In this document: positions 1-8,429 of the stretch, one piece after another
How positions within the stretch are numbered: position 1 is the stretch's first letter
How the letters are laid out: every line of letters begins with the position of its first letter
Virus record (IMG/VR): IMGVR_UViG_3300038393_002953
Source: an uncultured virus (IMG/VR IMGVR_UViG_3300038393_002953)
Taxonomy: Duplodnaviria > Heunggongvirae > Uroviricota > Caudoviricetes
Length of the DNA stretch: 64,000 nt
Reading direction: 5' to 3' (one strand)
Notes under the pieces: model-generated
Seen by the model: the letters and a program-made list of their open reading frames with translations, nothing else
Told to the model about the DNA's origin: nothing
Databases searched by the model: none
Made by a program: the position numbers and the translations under genes

Positions 1-131
1 GGGCAGATGCGGCGCTCGGGAGGAGCCACGGCGGACTGGATATGGGCCGGGGTTTCGGGTTTCGCGGGGGCGGGGGAGGTATGGATGCAGGATCCGTCCC
101 AGGTGAAGCGCGCGCAGAGGCAGAAGGGCAC
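1..131 (-). CDS. Partial hypothetical protein with SWIM-like Zn motif (runs off left edge; start uncertain)
   Basis: High-GC3 minus frame reads VPFCLCARFTWDGSCIH (CxC-x8-CxH); not in ORF track; GTG at 131 is only a candidate start. Confidence 0.3.
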   Translation of the reverse strand, partial: MPFCLCARFTWDGSCIHTSPAPAKPETPAHIQSAVAPPERRIC

Positions 132-157
132 CTTCTCGGGAGGGAGGTCTCGACCAT

Positions 158-424
158 CTACCGGGCAAGCGCCGGACCCGTCTCCGACTTGGGAGCGCGC
201 GTGGTCATCCAGATCCCGTAGAGGTTGACCGCCAGGAAGAAGAGCCCTTCCTTCATGATCGGGACGTTGTTGACCTGCGAGGCCGCCACCACCTCCAGGG
301 TGCAGCCGATTGCGCCGATCGAGGTCCACAGGCGCTTTCGCTCGGTCATCAGGATCGAGAGCGTGCCTCCGGCCATGATGACGTCGATGCCCAGGTCGAG
401 CAGGGAGGTGGGCAGGATGTTCAT
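158..424 (-). CDS. Small membrane protein
   Basis: 88 aa with several hydrophobic segments; 4-nt overlap with upstream gene; GGAGG upstream. Confidence 0.7.
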   Translation of the reverse strand: MNILPTSLLDLGIDVIMAGGTLSILMTERKRLWTSIGAIGCTLEVVAASQVNNVPIMKEGLFFLAVNLYGIWMTTRAPKSETGPALAR

Positions 425-795
425 CGGGCCTCCAGGAAGCGCGTCTGGATGGCTTCGAGACCTTCCAGGAACGGGTTGTGGGCGATCGCCCGGGGAGCGA
501 AGAGGATCAGGCTCATGGGATCCCCTCCGAAGGTCGCGAGCCGTCGGCAGTCGCGCGGGAGCGCGCCGGAGCTGAGTCGCAGATCCGGGTCTGCCAGGAA
601 GGCGGGGTAGCTCTGCTCGCCGAAGGCCGCGTCGAAGGAGATCGCGGAGGCGTCCTTGGACCAGCCCACCGGCAGCGGCAGGCCCGGGACGGTCACCACG
701 TAGGTCCGGCGATCGCGGCCCATATGGAACTTTTCGAGTTTCGCGGCGGGGAACAGCGAGAGGACCGTGGCCGCGAAGAGCGCGCGGGGATCCAT
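421..795 (-). CDS. Hypothetical protein
   Basis: 124 aa, high GC3, start overlaps upstream stop. Confidence 0.75.
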   Translation of the reverse strand: MDPRALFAATVLSLFPAAKLEKFHMGRDRRTYVVTVPGLPLPVGWSKDASAISFDAAFGEQSYPAFLADPDLRLSSGALPRDCRRLATFGGDPMSLILFAPRAIAHNPFLEGLEAIQTRFLEAR

Positions 796-1133
796 CAGAG
801 GGCCGGGACCTGGTACGGCCAGATGGGCTCGTCCGCCCCTTTGAACTGCGCGCTGTAGGCCAGCACCTCCAGGGGGAGGCGTCCCGAGGCGATCAGCTTT
901 TGCTTGCGCGCGGGCAGGAGCGGCATCAGGCGCTCGCGGATCTCCCCGGCGAGCTGAGCCGCGTTGTAGGTGGACTCGTAGAGACCCACGTTGTCCTTCT
1001 CCAGGTAGGAGGCGGCCTGACCCTTCATGTCGAAGCGGAAGGAGCGCAGCGCGGAGGCGATCAGCAGCAGCTCGCGGGGGCTCAGCTTGACGTTGAAGCG
1101 CTCGTCGTAGGTCGGGTGCCAGATCTCGCTCAT
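795..1133 (-). CDS. Hypothetical protein (strand-helix-helix small protein)
   Basis: Likely start MSEIWHP at 1133 (ATGA overlap, GGAGG RBS) within longer track ORF. Confidence 0.75.
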   Translation of the reverse strand: MSEIWHPTYDERFNVKLSPRELLLIASALRSFRFDMKGQAASYLEKDNVGLYESTYNAAQLAGEIRERLMPLLPARKQKLIASGRLPLEVLAYSAQFKGADEPIWPYQVPAL

Positions 1134-1471
1134 GTCTGGGGCTCCTCCAGCAGGATCGGCCAGACCGGTCGATCCAGCTCGGGCAGGGTGGCGAAGGGCC
1201 GGACCTGATCGGGGTCGATCGTGCCGTCTTCGAGCATGCCGAGCGCGGTGCCGCGCAGGACCGCTTCGATCTCGGTGACCATCTGCTGGGCGTAGGCGGC
1301 GGCCTTCTCGCAGATCTCGGCGTTGATCGCGGAGTCCCGCTCGCGGTAGCGGCGCTCCTCGCGCCGGAGGAAGCCCACGCGGTCGTGCAGCGCGTGGGTG
1401 ATCAGGGTCAGGCCGATCGGGTTGACCGCCAGGGCGATCTGGTGGGTCTTGAAGGTCTCGTGGTAGGCCAT
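1130..1471 (-). CDS. Hypothetical protein
   Basis: 113 aa, GGAG RBS, coupled to neighbours. Confidence 0.75.
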   Translation of the reverse strand: MAYHETFKTHQIALAVNPIGLTLITHALHDRVGFLRREERRYRERDSAINAEICEKAAAYAQQMVTEIEAVLRGTALGMLEDGTIDPDQVRPFATLPELDRPVWPILLEEPQT

Positions 1472-1474
1472 GGG

Positions 1475-1822
1475 TCAGTTCTCCGTGGGGGTCGTGTCGA
1501 GGATCGCGATGCGCCGCTGCTGGGAGAGGAACCGGGCCCGGTCCTCGTCCGCCTTGGCCTCCAGGGCGGCGCGCCACTGGTCGGAGGCGGCCTCGGCCCA
1601 GGGGCACAGGGCCTGGAGCAGCACGTCGGCACGGGTCATGTCGCGGGCGATCTGGAAGTAGTCCACCTCCTCGGCGCTCGCCAGCGCGTCCTTGCGCGCC
1701 TGCTGCACCTGGGTCTGGTAGACCTGGAGCGCGGCGACGATCGCCTGGACGTCGCAGAGCGGCAGATCGATGCTCAGGCGAGGATAGACGGGGTTACCGG
1801 CAGCGAGGTGGTTTTCCAGCAT
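1475..1822 (-). CDS. Hypothetical protein
   Basis: 115 aa, AAGGA RBS, high GC3. Confidence 0.75.
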   Translation of the reverse strand: MLENHLAAGNPVYPRLSIDLPLCDVQAIVAALQVYQTQVQQARKDALASAEEVDYFQIARDMTRADVLLQALCPWAEAASDQWRAALEAKADEDRARFLSQQRRIAILDTTPTEN

Positions 1823-1937
1823 GGGGGAGGTCCTTTTCGAAAACGGTTCCGGCGCGCGAAACCTGGATATGGAAGGAGGGGCTTCCGGAAAAACCCATTC
1901 GGGCCTTCGGCCCGGTCGAATATCCGAGGGACGAACG

Positions 1938-1965
1938 AAAGAAGGGCGATGGCGAAGCGTCGCCC
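1938..1965 (-). terminator. Probable intrinsic terminator
   Basis: Minus strand GGGCGA...TCGCCC stem followed by TTCTTT just after the stop at 1970. Confidence 0.5.
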
Positions 1966-1969
1966 GCGA

Positions 1970-2236
1970 TCAGGGGCGGGTATAGCGCCGGGCGAAGATT
2001 TCGCCGTCACAGGAAACCTTCTTGTTCGTGCCGACGACTTCCAGTTCGAGTCGCATGCGCTCGTACCAGAAGCTGCTGGGCAACGTGGAGGCTCGGGAAT
2101 ACGCCATCACGCGCACACGGCGGAACGGGAGGGTATTATCCACGAACTCGCCGGTCAGCAGATCGCCGAAGGCCTCCTCCAGCGAAGCCAGGCCCCGCTC
2201 GTAGCTACCCTTGAACCAGTCGCTGACCTTAGACAT
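1970..2236 (-). CDS. Hypothetical protein
   Basis: Start MSKVSDW at 2236 overlaps upstream stop. Confidence 0.7.
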   Translation of the reverse strand: MSKVSDWFKGSYERGLASLEEAFGDLLTGEFVDNTLPFRRVRVMAYSRASTLPSSFWYERMRLELEVVGTNKKVSCDGEIFARRYTRP

Positions 2237-2660
2237 GCCAGAAGCTCTGCATGTTGTCGATGTGGTACAGCTCCTCCAGCACCTCATGCTTGCGCTGCTC
2301 GCCGTCGCCGGGGCGGTCGTTGGCGCGTTGCAGGATGCCCAGCGCCTTGGCGCTCAGGCCGTAGTGGTCCCGCAGGATCGCAAGCACGGGTGCCAGCTCG
2401 TCCGCGTCGATCCGGGCGCGGTTGAACGAGGTCGGGCGCGGGGACGATCCGGGAATCCTGAGCGTCGCCTCGGCGGCAGAGAAGGCGGCCATAGCCTCGC
2501 GGCGCGCGTCGTCCGGCAATGCCCGGATCAGGGCGCCCAGCGCGCAGACCGGACAGTTGTCAGTCTGCTTCAGGTCGTCGAAGTAGCGATCGGTGATCAG
2601 GCCCGGCTCGCTGGCGATCGCGTCGTAGGCCTTCTGGTAGAGCCGCAGGGTCCTGTTCAT
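2229..2660 (-). CDS. Hypothetical protein, paralog of 2977-3357
   Basis: RYFDDL..CPVCALGALIRALP motif shared with 2977-3357. Confidence 0.8.
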   Translation of the reverse strand: MNRTLRLYQKAYDAIASEPGLITDRYFDDLKQTDNCPVCALGALIRALPDDARREAMAAFSAAEATLRIPGSSPRPTSFNRARIDADELAPVLAILRDHYGLSAKALGILQRANDRPGDGEQRKHEVLEELYHIDNMQSFWHV

Positions 2661-2968
2661 GCCTGGGCCTCATGCGTCTCACCGGCCTTCTGGCGCTCGA
2701 CCTGCATCAGCATGGTGTTCAGATAGCGCTTCAGGCGGCTTCGCTGGAGCTTGACCTCGCGGACATGCGCCAGGAACTGGTCGCCGGTCATCTCGCCGAA
2801 CTCGGGAGAGAAGGCGTCGATCGAGCCTGGCAGCGCCGCGAGCATCACGCGCAGCTCATGCTCCGTGAAGAGGCATGTCAGGTAGCCATGCTTCTCGTGC
2901 TGGTGCCGAAGATATTCCACGGTCTTGACGGCTTCCTGGGGGTCGATCGGTTCGGGCGGGGTGTTCAT
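2657..2968 (-). CDS. Hypothetical protein
   Basis: Start MNTPPEP at 2968 with AGGAG RBS. Confidence 0.75.
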   Translation of the reverse strand: MNTPPEPIDPQEAVKTVEYLRHQHEKHGYLTCLFTEHELRVMLAALPGSIDAFSPEFGEMTGDQFLAHVREVKLQRSRLKRYLNTMLMQVERQKAGETHEAQA

Positions 2969-2976
2969 GGGGGCTC

Positions 2977-3357
2977 CTAGAGGATGACGGCGAGCTGGCG
3001 GACGTACTGCTTGACCCTCGCCCCGCGCCCCACGGTGTCGGTGGAGTGCGCGCCGAAGTCGTTGACGTCCTGGATCTTGGTGAGCGAGCCCCGGGGGATC
3101 CGGTACTCGTCGCAGAGGATCTGGGCCACCTCGTCCAGTCTTGGGTTCCAGATATAGGCGCTGTTGATGTCGCGCTCGCGCAGGAACGCCAGGCAACATT
3201 CGCGCTTCTCCGGGGGCAGCGCGCGGATCAGGGCACCGATCGCGCAGACCCGACAGGTCTCGGGCCTGTCCAGATCCTCGAAGTAGCGGGTCATAACCAG
3301 CTCGTCCTGGCCCTCGATGGCGGCGATCAGCTTGGCGGCACGGGGGTTCATGCTCAT
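2977..3357 (-). CDS. Hypothetical protein, paralog of 2229-2660
   Basis: Start MSMNPR at 3357; RYFEDL..CRVCAIGALIRALP. Confidence 0.8.
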   Translation of the reverse strand: MSMNPRAAKLIAAIEGQDELVMTRYFEDLDRPETCRVCAIGALIRALPPEKRECCLAFLRERDINSAYIWNPRLDEVAQILCDEYRIPRGSLTKIQDVNDFGAHSTDTVGRGARVKQYVRQLAVIL

Positions 3358-3359
3358 GG

Positions 3360-3764
3360 CTAGACCCTCACCGGCAGCGTCGTGACGTAGCGGTAGGGGC
3401 TGGGCTGCCCCGGGATCCAGGCGTCCACCAGCACGTAGGCCACGGGCTCGAACTGCTCGGGCGACCACATACGGGCGCGCTCGGAGGGCTCGGGCTGCGC
3501 GAGCGCGCGGGCGTGCGCGACGATGGCCTCCTCCAGGGTGGTGGTCTTGAGTTCGACCATGACCGTGGGCAGGCCGAACTCGTGGAAGTCCTGATAGAGC
3601 TGCGCGAGCGCCGCGCGGATCAGCGGCTCGACCTCGGCGAAGTCCGGATCGCCGGTCAGGCCGAGGCCCCGGATCGCCTCGTCGGTCAGGCGCTGGATGC
3701 CCGCGAGGATCGCGTTCAGGTCGAGGATCTTGTGGGGCTTGGAGGGGTCGATCAGGCTGGACAT
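3360..3764 (-). CDS. Hypothetical protein
   Basis: 134 aa, AGGAGG RBS. Confidence 0.75.
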   Translation of the reverse strand: MSSLIDPSKPHKILDLNAILAGIQRLTDEAIRGLGLTGDPDFAEVEPLIRAALAQLYQDFHEFGLPTVMVELKTTTLEEAIVAHARALAQPEPSERARMWSPEQFEPVAYVLVDAWIPGQPSPYRYVTTLPVRV

Positions 3765-3772
3765 GGGGCCTC

Positions 3773-4081
3773 CTAGAACGCGTAGAGATCGCGGCCAGAC
3801 AGGCCGGTCTTCTCGTGACGCACCAGCACGCGGTCGCCGATCCGCAGCCCGCCGTAGTCGGGCGTCTCGAAGGACTTCTTGGCGAACAGGTGGCCGTCGG
3901 CGGAGGCCCAGACCGAGAAGCGACCATGCTCGCCGCGCAGCTGCGCGGGCTCGAACTGGCGCGCGCGGACCGTCATCGGGACGACCTCGACGACATGGTG
4001 GTCGTTCTCCATCGCGAGCCCGGCGACCATCAGGGAAACGCCCGCGACGAGCGCCGCGAGGCCCATGAGACGCTCAGGCAT
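3773..4081 (-). CDS. Membrane-anchored hypothetical protein
   Basis: Start MPERLMG at 4081; N-terminal hydrophobic helix then beta-rich domain. Confidence 0.7.
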   Translation of the reverse strand: MPERLMGLAALVAGVSLMVAGLAMENDHHVVEVVPMTVRARQFEPAQLRGEHGRFSVWASADGHLFAKKSFETPDYGGLRIGDRVLVRHEKTGLSGRDLYAF

Positions 4082-4598
4082 CGGCGGCCTCCACGGGCTT
4101 GGTCGCCATGAAGCCAACGAGCGAGAGGTAGCGGTGGTCCTCGCACTCCGGCGCGCAGACGAACATGGGCGCTTCGGGGTCTTCCAGATCGGTATCCGTG
4201 CGCATCTCGCAGGCCGCGAGGCCCAGCTTCTCGCGCAGGAAGAACTCCAGGCGCGCGGGGTGCAGCAGGTGGTTCGGATCCTCGGCGTAGGAGTCGAAGT
4301 GGTCGATCACCGCCAGGTGTCCGCCCGGCGCCAGCACGCGCGCGCACTCGCGCAGCAGCCAGATCGCCTGGTCCTGCTCGAACTGGCAGAGCAGGTTGCT
4401 GACGTTCAGCTCGCCGCACGAGCCGTCGGCGAACGGGATGCCGTCGCGCAGGTCGTGGTACTGGAAGATCGCGTCCTGCCAGTCCTCGGTCGAGCGGTCG
4501 ATGCTGGTGTCGATGTCGATGTTGACGTAGGGGCGCGGGAACGGGAAGTCGCCGCAGCCCAGGTTCAGACAGAGCAGATCGTCGGTGGCGGGGGTCAA
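4074..4598 (-). CDS. Class I SAM-dependent methyltransferase
   Basis: TTG start with AGGAGG; LNLGCG motif I, NIDID, HDLRDGIPFADGS, LRECARVLAPGG. Confidence 0.8.
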   Translation of the reverse strand: MTPATDDLLCLNLGCGDFPFPRPYVNIDIDTSIDRSTEDWQDAIFQYHDLRDGIPFADGSCGELNVSNLLCQFEQDQAIWLLRECARVLAPGGHLAVIDHFDSYAEDPNHLLHPARLEFFLREKLGLAACEMRTDTDLEDPEAPMFVCAPECEDHRYLSLVGFMATKPVEAADA

Positions 4599-4609
4599 GG
4601 GGTGTCCTC

Positions 4610-5752
4610 CTAGGCGTAGGTCTTGTAGGCGGGGTGGCTGAGGGAAGGGAGATCGGGGCGAGAGGTGCGGAGGTAGGCGCGGACGGCCTCGGCGACGAAA
4701 GGGTCGGCCTCGACGCCGATCACCTCGCGGCCCTCCTCGGCGGCGGCGATGATCGCCTGGGAGCGCCCCGCGAAGGGGTCGAGGACGCAGGCGCCGGGGC
4801 CGGTGGTCATGCGGATCGCCGCCCGGGCATGTTCGACGCCGAGCGCCGCCTCGTGGGTCTCGGGCCAGCCGACGCCGGGGTGGAAGGGGTAGGCGTCCGA
4901 GATCGAGAAGAGCGCGACGGAGGCGTTCGGGGTGGTCCGGCCCGTCCAGCGCAGGAACCAGCCGTCCTCCTGGAGCGCGACGATCACGCGCTCGGGCAGC
5001 GCCATCATCTCGCCGAGCTTCGGGCCGCCGAGCAGCTCGTCGATCGGGCGCATCTGAGCGGCCTCCACGACCAGGCGATCGCCGTAGGTGAAGTTCTTGC
5101 GGCGCGCGCGGATCGCGAAGTCCTCGCGCGTGACGTAGCCGACCAATTCCAGGGCGTCGCCCTCGGCGGGCCAGACCAGGATGCCGAGGTCGGCCTTGAA
5201 CTCCGAGAGCCGATCGCGGGTGAGCGCGTAGTCCCAGCCCCGCTGCGTGCGGAACTTCACGGAGACCGTGCGCCCGTCCGCGAGCAGCAGATCCTTCTCG
5301 TGGTCGTCGCCGCCGAGCGAGATCGAGAGGTCGAACGGCACGCCCAGCGCCTTCGCGACCGCGTACTCGGCCTTGAGGCCCTTGAAGTGCAGGTCGAAGT
5401 CGCTCTGGTTGGGATCGATGCGGTAGTTCGTGACGCCCGCCGCCATCTTGGGCGCGTTGCGGGCTTCGGCGATCTGCCGCAGGGTCCAGATCTCGCGATC
5501 GGTGAGGCGCACGACGTGGCGAACGGGCCCGATCGCGGACCTGATTCGGTCCTCGACGCCGAGCCACAGCACGCCGGTCGGCTTCAGCGCCCGGCGCACG
5601 CTCCGGAAGACCTCGACCATCCGGCGCGCGTAGGCGCGGTGGTCCTCGCCGGGCCCGATCGCCGGGGCCAGCGTCACACAGGCGTCGATCACGCCGGGCT
5701 TCATAGAGGAAAGCTCGTACACGGGGTCCGCTTCGTACAGGTGAAGGGTCAT
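4610..5752 (-). CDS. Degenerate beta-class N4/N6 DNA methyltransferase-like protein with inserted PD-(D/E)xK-like domain
   Basis: IDACVTLAPA (where SPPY is expected), RRALKPTGVLWL, ALQEDGWFLR, VLDPFAGRS, GREVIGVE; ~160-aa insert at ~5030-5520. Confidence 0.7.
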   Translation of the reverse strand: MTLHLYEADPVYELSSMKPGVIDACVTLAPAIGPGEDHRAYARRMVEVFRSVRRALKPTGVLWLGVEDRIRSAIGPVRHVVRLTDREIWTLRQIAEARNAPKMAAGVTNYRIDPNQSDFDLHFKGLKAEYAVAKALGVPFDLSISLGGDDHEKDLLLADGRTVSVKFRTQRGWDYALTRDRLSEFKADLGILVWPAEGDALELVGYVTREDFAIRARRKNFTYGDRLVVEAAQMRPIDELLGGPKLGEMMALPERVIVALQEDGWFLRWTGRTTPNASVALFSISDAYPFHPGVGWPETHEAALGVEHARAAIRMTTGPGACVLDPFAGRSQAIIAAAEEGREVIGVEADPFVAEAVRAYLRTSRPDLPSLSHPAYKTYA

Positions 5753-5763
5753 TTCGCACATCC

Positions 5764-5792
5764 ATTATGGAACAGGCAAGGACTGGTGTCAA
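5764..5792 (-). promoter_or_regulatory. Sigma70-type promoter
   Basis: TTGACA-17 nt-CATAAT. Confidence 0.75.
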
Positions 5793-5825
5793 ACATTATG
5801 CCTGTGACCCCCTTTATACCCAGCC

Positions 5826-6068
5826 TCAGGCCGTGATCTCGCCTTCCTCAGGCTCGTCGAGCGCTTCTGAGAGCGCCAGCGCGACCACGCCGAGCGTCTC
5901 CAGATCGTCTTCGAGTTCCGCGAGCTGCGCATGGTCGGCGGAGGTCACGTCGCCCCCGGCGATCGCCGCCTTCAACTCGTCGGCCTCATCCGAGATAGCC
6001 AGGTGGCAGAGCCCGAGGAACTCGCCGAGCTTGCGGGCGGTCTCGTCGTCCAGGTTAATCGTCGCCAT
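5826..6068 (-). CDS. Hypothetical acidic protein
   Basis: 80 aa, GAGGAGG RBS. Confidence 0.7.
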   Translation of the reverse strand: MATINLDDETARKLGEFLGLCHLAISDEADELKAAIAGGDVTSADHAQLAELEDDLETLGVVALALSEALDEPEEGEITA

Positions 6069-6384
6069 CGTCGTTCTTGCCTCCTCGGTAGACGCGGAAA
6101 GGGGTCAGGCCCAGGGAAAAACGATCGCCCTGGTACAGCACGCGCAGGACCATGGTCTCCTGGCGCTCGACGTTCGTGACCAGCAGCAGGCGGCGGCTCT
6201 TGGAGATCCGGTAGTCGCCCATGGCGGTCCAGAATCCCGCGATCTCGTCGCCGATCGTGGGGAGGTACTCCTCCAGATCGCGCCTGATGCGCTCGCCGTG
6301 GGCGAACATGGGGTGGCCGGGATCCTCCAGGAAGGACTCCAGGGCGGAGAGGACGTCCTCCGGGACCTTGACTTGCTTGCTCAT
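6055..6384 (-). CDS. Hypothetical protein
   Basis: 109 aa, high GC3. Confidence 0.75.
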   Translation of the reverse strand: MSKQVKVPEDVLSALESFLEDPGHPMFAHGERIRRDLEEYLPTIGDEIAGFWTAMGDYRISKSRRLLLVTNVERQETMVLRVLYQGDRFSLGLTPFRVYRGGKNDDGDD

Positions 6385-6429
6385 GGGGCACCTGCGATCG
6401 CGGGGGCGGGCACATGCCCGCTTTACCCT

Positions 6430-6438
6430 ATCGTAGCA
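6430..6438 (-). promoter_or_regulatory. Possible extended -10 promoter
   Basis: TG-C-TACGAT in intergenic gap. Confidence 0.4.
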
Positions 6439-6444
6439 CGCCGG

Positions 6445-6630
6445 TCATGCGCCCCCAGGCGTGGGGGAGTCTTGGTAGGCTGCCTGTAGCTGATTCACCA
6501 GGCTCACGATCAGCGCGTCCAGGGCGCCCGGGGCGGCGCCAGCGGCAGCGAGAAGCTCGCGCTGGGCCGACAGCCCCGCCAGGGCCGTCAGGATCAGGTC
6601 CAGGTCACCATATTCGAGGTCGATCATCAT
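6445..6630 (-). CDS. Hypothetical protein
   Basis: 61 aa, packed operon. Confidence 0.65.
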   Translation of the reverse strand: MMIDLEYGDLDLILTALAGLSAQRELLAAAGAAPGALDALIVSLVNQLQAAYQDSPTPGGA

Positions 6631-6633
6631 CGC

Positions 6634-6816
6634 CTAGGTCCCGTTACGGGCCCTGAGTGCCGCGATCATCGGATCGAGCAACTTGCCGTGCAGCTTCTGC
6701 CAGTATTCGAGCGAGAAGGTGTCACCCCGTTTACTGGACTCGCCGATCGCGTTCTCGACCAGGGTCATGAGGTGCTGCGCGTCCTCGGCGGTCAGCCGGG
6801 CGTCGAACTCCAACAT
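6634..6816 (-). CDS. Hypothetical protein
   Basis: Start MLEFDAR at 6816, AGGAGG upstream. Confidence 0.65.
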   Translation of the reverse strand: MLEFDARLTAEDAQHLMTLVENAIGESSKRGDTFSLEYWQKLHGKLLDPMIAALRARNGT

Positions 6817-6817
6817 C

Positions 6818-7009
6818 CTAACGATCCTCCTGCTTGAAGGTATGGACGTTGATCGCGTCGGCGACGGCCTTGTGGAGCCAGCGCAGGCGGTTCCAATCAT
6901 CGACGTTGCGCGCGTCGTTCGCGACGGACGCCATCTCGTTGCCGAGCAGGCGCAGGATCTCAGCGGCCTGCCAGCTCGAAAGGCCCTTGATCGTGACGGT
7001 CTCACCCAT
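6818..7009 (-). CDS. Hypothetical protein
   Basis: Start MGETV at 7009 overlapping upstream stop. Confidence 0.65.
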   Translation of the reverse strand: MGETVTIKGLSSWQAAEILRLLGNEMASVANDARNVDDWNRLRWLHKAVADAINVHTFKQEDR

Positions 7010-7334
7010 GCGTCTCAATCCTCTTCAGCTTGTCCCGGGCGGAGGTATAGACAGCCACCTGGGTATGGTCGTGGTGCATGAACCAGTGGCTGTCGAGCGC
7101 CTGGAGCAGGCACGCGGCCTCCTCGGGCGTCGGCAGGACGGCGCGCAGGGCCTCGGCTGCCCTGTCCAGGCCCTCGGCCTCCTCACCGGTCGAGTTCTCG
7201 TCGATCACGGCGTCGAAAGGCAGCAGATCGCCGTTCCGGTGCCAGTTGGCGAGCCCGAGGCCCTGACCGTAGAAGCTCTTGACGGCCTCGATGAAGTCCT
7301 TGGCGGCGGCGAGCGCCTCGAAAACGCTGTTCAT
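7002..7334 (-). CDS. Hypothetical protein (probably leaderless mRNA)
   Basis: 110 aa; ATG 6 nt after -10 box. Confidence 0.75.
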   Translation of the reverse strand: MNSVFEALAAAKDFIEAVKSFYGQGLGLANWHRNGDLLPFDAVIDENSTGEEAEGLDRAAEALRAVLPTPEEAACLLQALDSHWFMHHDHTQVAVYTSARDKLKRIETHG

Positions 7335-7340
7335 AGCCAG

Positions 7341-7369
7341 ATCTTATCGCATTATGGAGTAAAAGTCAA
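7341..7369 (-). promoter_or_regulatory. Sigma70-type promoter
   Basis: TTGACT-17 nt-TAAGAT. Confidence 0.75.
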
Positions 7370-7370
7370 G

Positions 7371-7402
7371 AAAAAAGGGGAGCCGGAAGACTCCGGATCC
7401 CC
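7371..7402 (-). terminator. Intrinsic terminator
   Basis: GGGGATCCGGAGTCTTCCGGCTCCCC hairpin followed by TTTTTT. Confidence 0.8.
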
Positions 7403-7422
7403 GTGGGAGAGGCCTGGTGGGC

Positions 7423-7725
7423 TTACTGGACCCGCAGGAGCCGCCCGGCCTCGTTCATGGGCTTGAGCAGGATCTCCAGGATGCGGTCGAGGCGCGCGGT
7501 GTCGGTGTTCTCGACGTTCCGCCCGATGTCGTTGCAGTGGATGCTCCACATGACGTCATGGCAGGCCTGGAGCGCGTCGGTCAGCCGCGAGACGTCACGG
7601 GCGGCCTGGCAACAGACCCGCTCGCGCGTGACGTGCCAGAAGCCGCAGTAGGCGCAGCGCTCCTGGGCGTGGATCGAGCCCGCGTCGAGCCCCAGCTTGC
7701 AACGTTCGAAGTCCATGTCGTGCAT
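7423..7725 (-). CDS. Cys/His-rich hypothetical protein
   Basis: Start MHDMDF; CAYCGFWH, CC. Confidence 0.7.
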   Translation of the reverse strand: MHDMDFERCKLGLDAGSIHAQERCAYCGFWHVTRERVCCQAARDVSRLTDALQACHDVMWSIHCNDIGRNVENTDTARLDRILEILLKPMNEAGRLLRVQ

Positions 7726-7735
7726 CTCCGCCCCC

Positions 7736-8398
7736 TTACTGGGCCGCGACGGGCTCGGGGGCCTCATCGGGGAAGTATTCGAGGTAGTGGCGAAGCGCCT
7801 GGAGCGGGCCGATCCGATCGAAACCGAAGTGGTCGAGCATCTGCTCCCAGCCCTGCCACTGGTAGCCGGGCTGGCGACCAGTCGTCAGCAGCGCGCCCTG
7901 GCCCAGCGGCACGAGCGCCGGGCGTGCCAGGCGGAAGCCCGACGAGAGCGAGAAGCCCACGGGCAGCGCGTCCAGCATCAGATCGCGCAGGTACTCGCGC
8001 GGCTCGTAGAGGTAGCAGGGGTAGCCCTTCGCCATCTCCCTGAGGCGCTTGCCCTCGGGCGCGTTGCGCTTGAAGGAGGTTTGCCAGTCGTTGGTCGCGC
8101 CGGAGGTCTCCTTGATCGCGGTGAAGGCGCCCGGCAGCTTCTCGTGCATCTCCAGCAGCAGCTTGCGCGGACCGTGGATGCGCATGGTGGCGATGTGGGT
8201 CTTGCCCAGCAAGCCGTCGGCCTGGACGAACCAGAAGCGCGTGAACTCGGGCAGGCCGAATTCCTCGCGCACCTTTTCTGAAAGCTCGTTCCAGAGGTCT
8301 GACTCGGCATGGTAGCGCGCGAAGGCCGCCATCACGAACTCGCTGGCCCTGGTGCCGGGCCGGGCGATCCAGTGGGTGTCGTCGGTGTCGAAATGCAT
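7736..8398 (-). CDS. Hypothetical protein
   Basis: 220 aa, GAGGAG RBS. Confidence 0.8.
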   Translation of the reverse strand: MHFDTDDTHWIARPGTRASEFVMAAFARYHAESDLWNELSEKVREEFGLPEFTRFWFVQADGLLGKTHIATMRIHGPRKLLLEMHEKLPGAFTAIKETSGATNDWQTSFKRNAPEGKRLREMAKGYPCYLYEPREYLRDLMLDALPVGFSLSSGFRLARPALVPLGQGALLTTGRQPGYQWQGWEQMLDHFGFDRIGPLQALRHYLEYFPDEAPEPVAAQ

Positions 8399-8429
8399 GG
8401 TTTCTCCTCGCTCAGTCGGGGCGTCGGAT

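Noticed and set aside
1823..1937. Promoter or structured RNA upstream of the 1822 gene
   Set aside because: A/T tracts and a small hairpin are present, but there is no convincing -35/-10 pair or late-promoter geometry
4599..5792. 572-aa track ORF 4074-5792 as a single protein
   Set aside because: Upstream part is an Arg-rich off-frame overlap of the MTase-like gene; only 4074-4598 (TTG with AGGAGG) looks real
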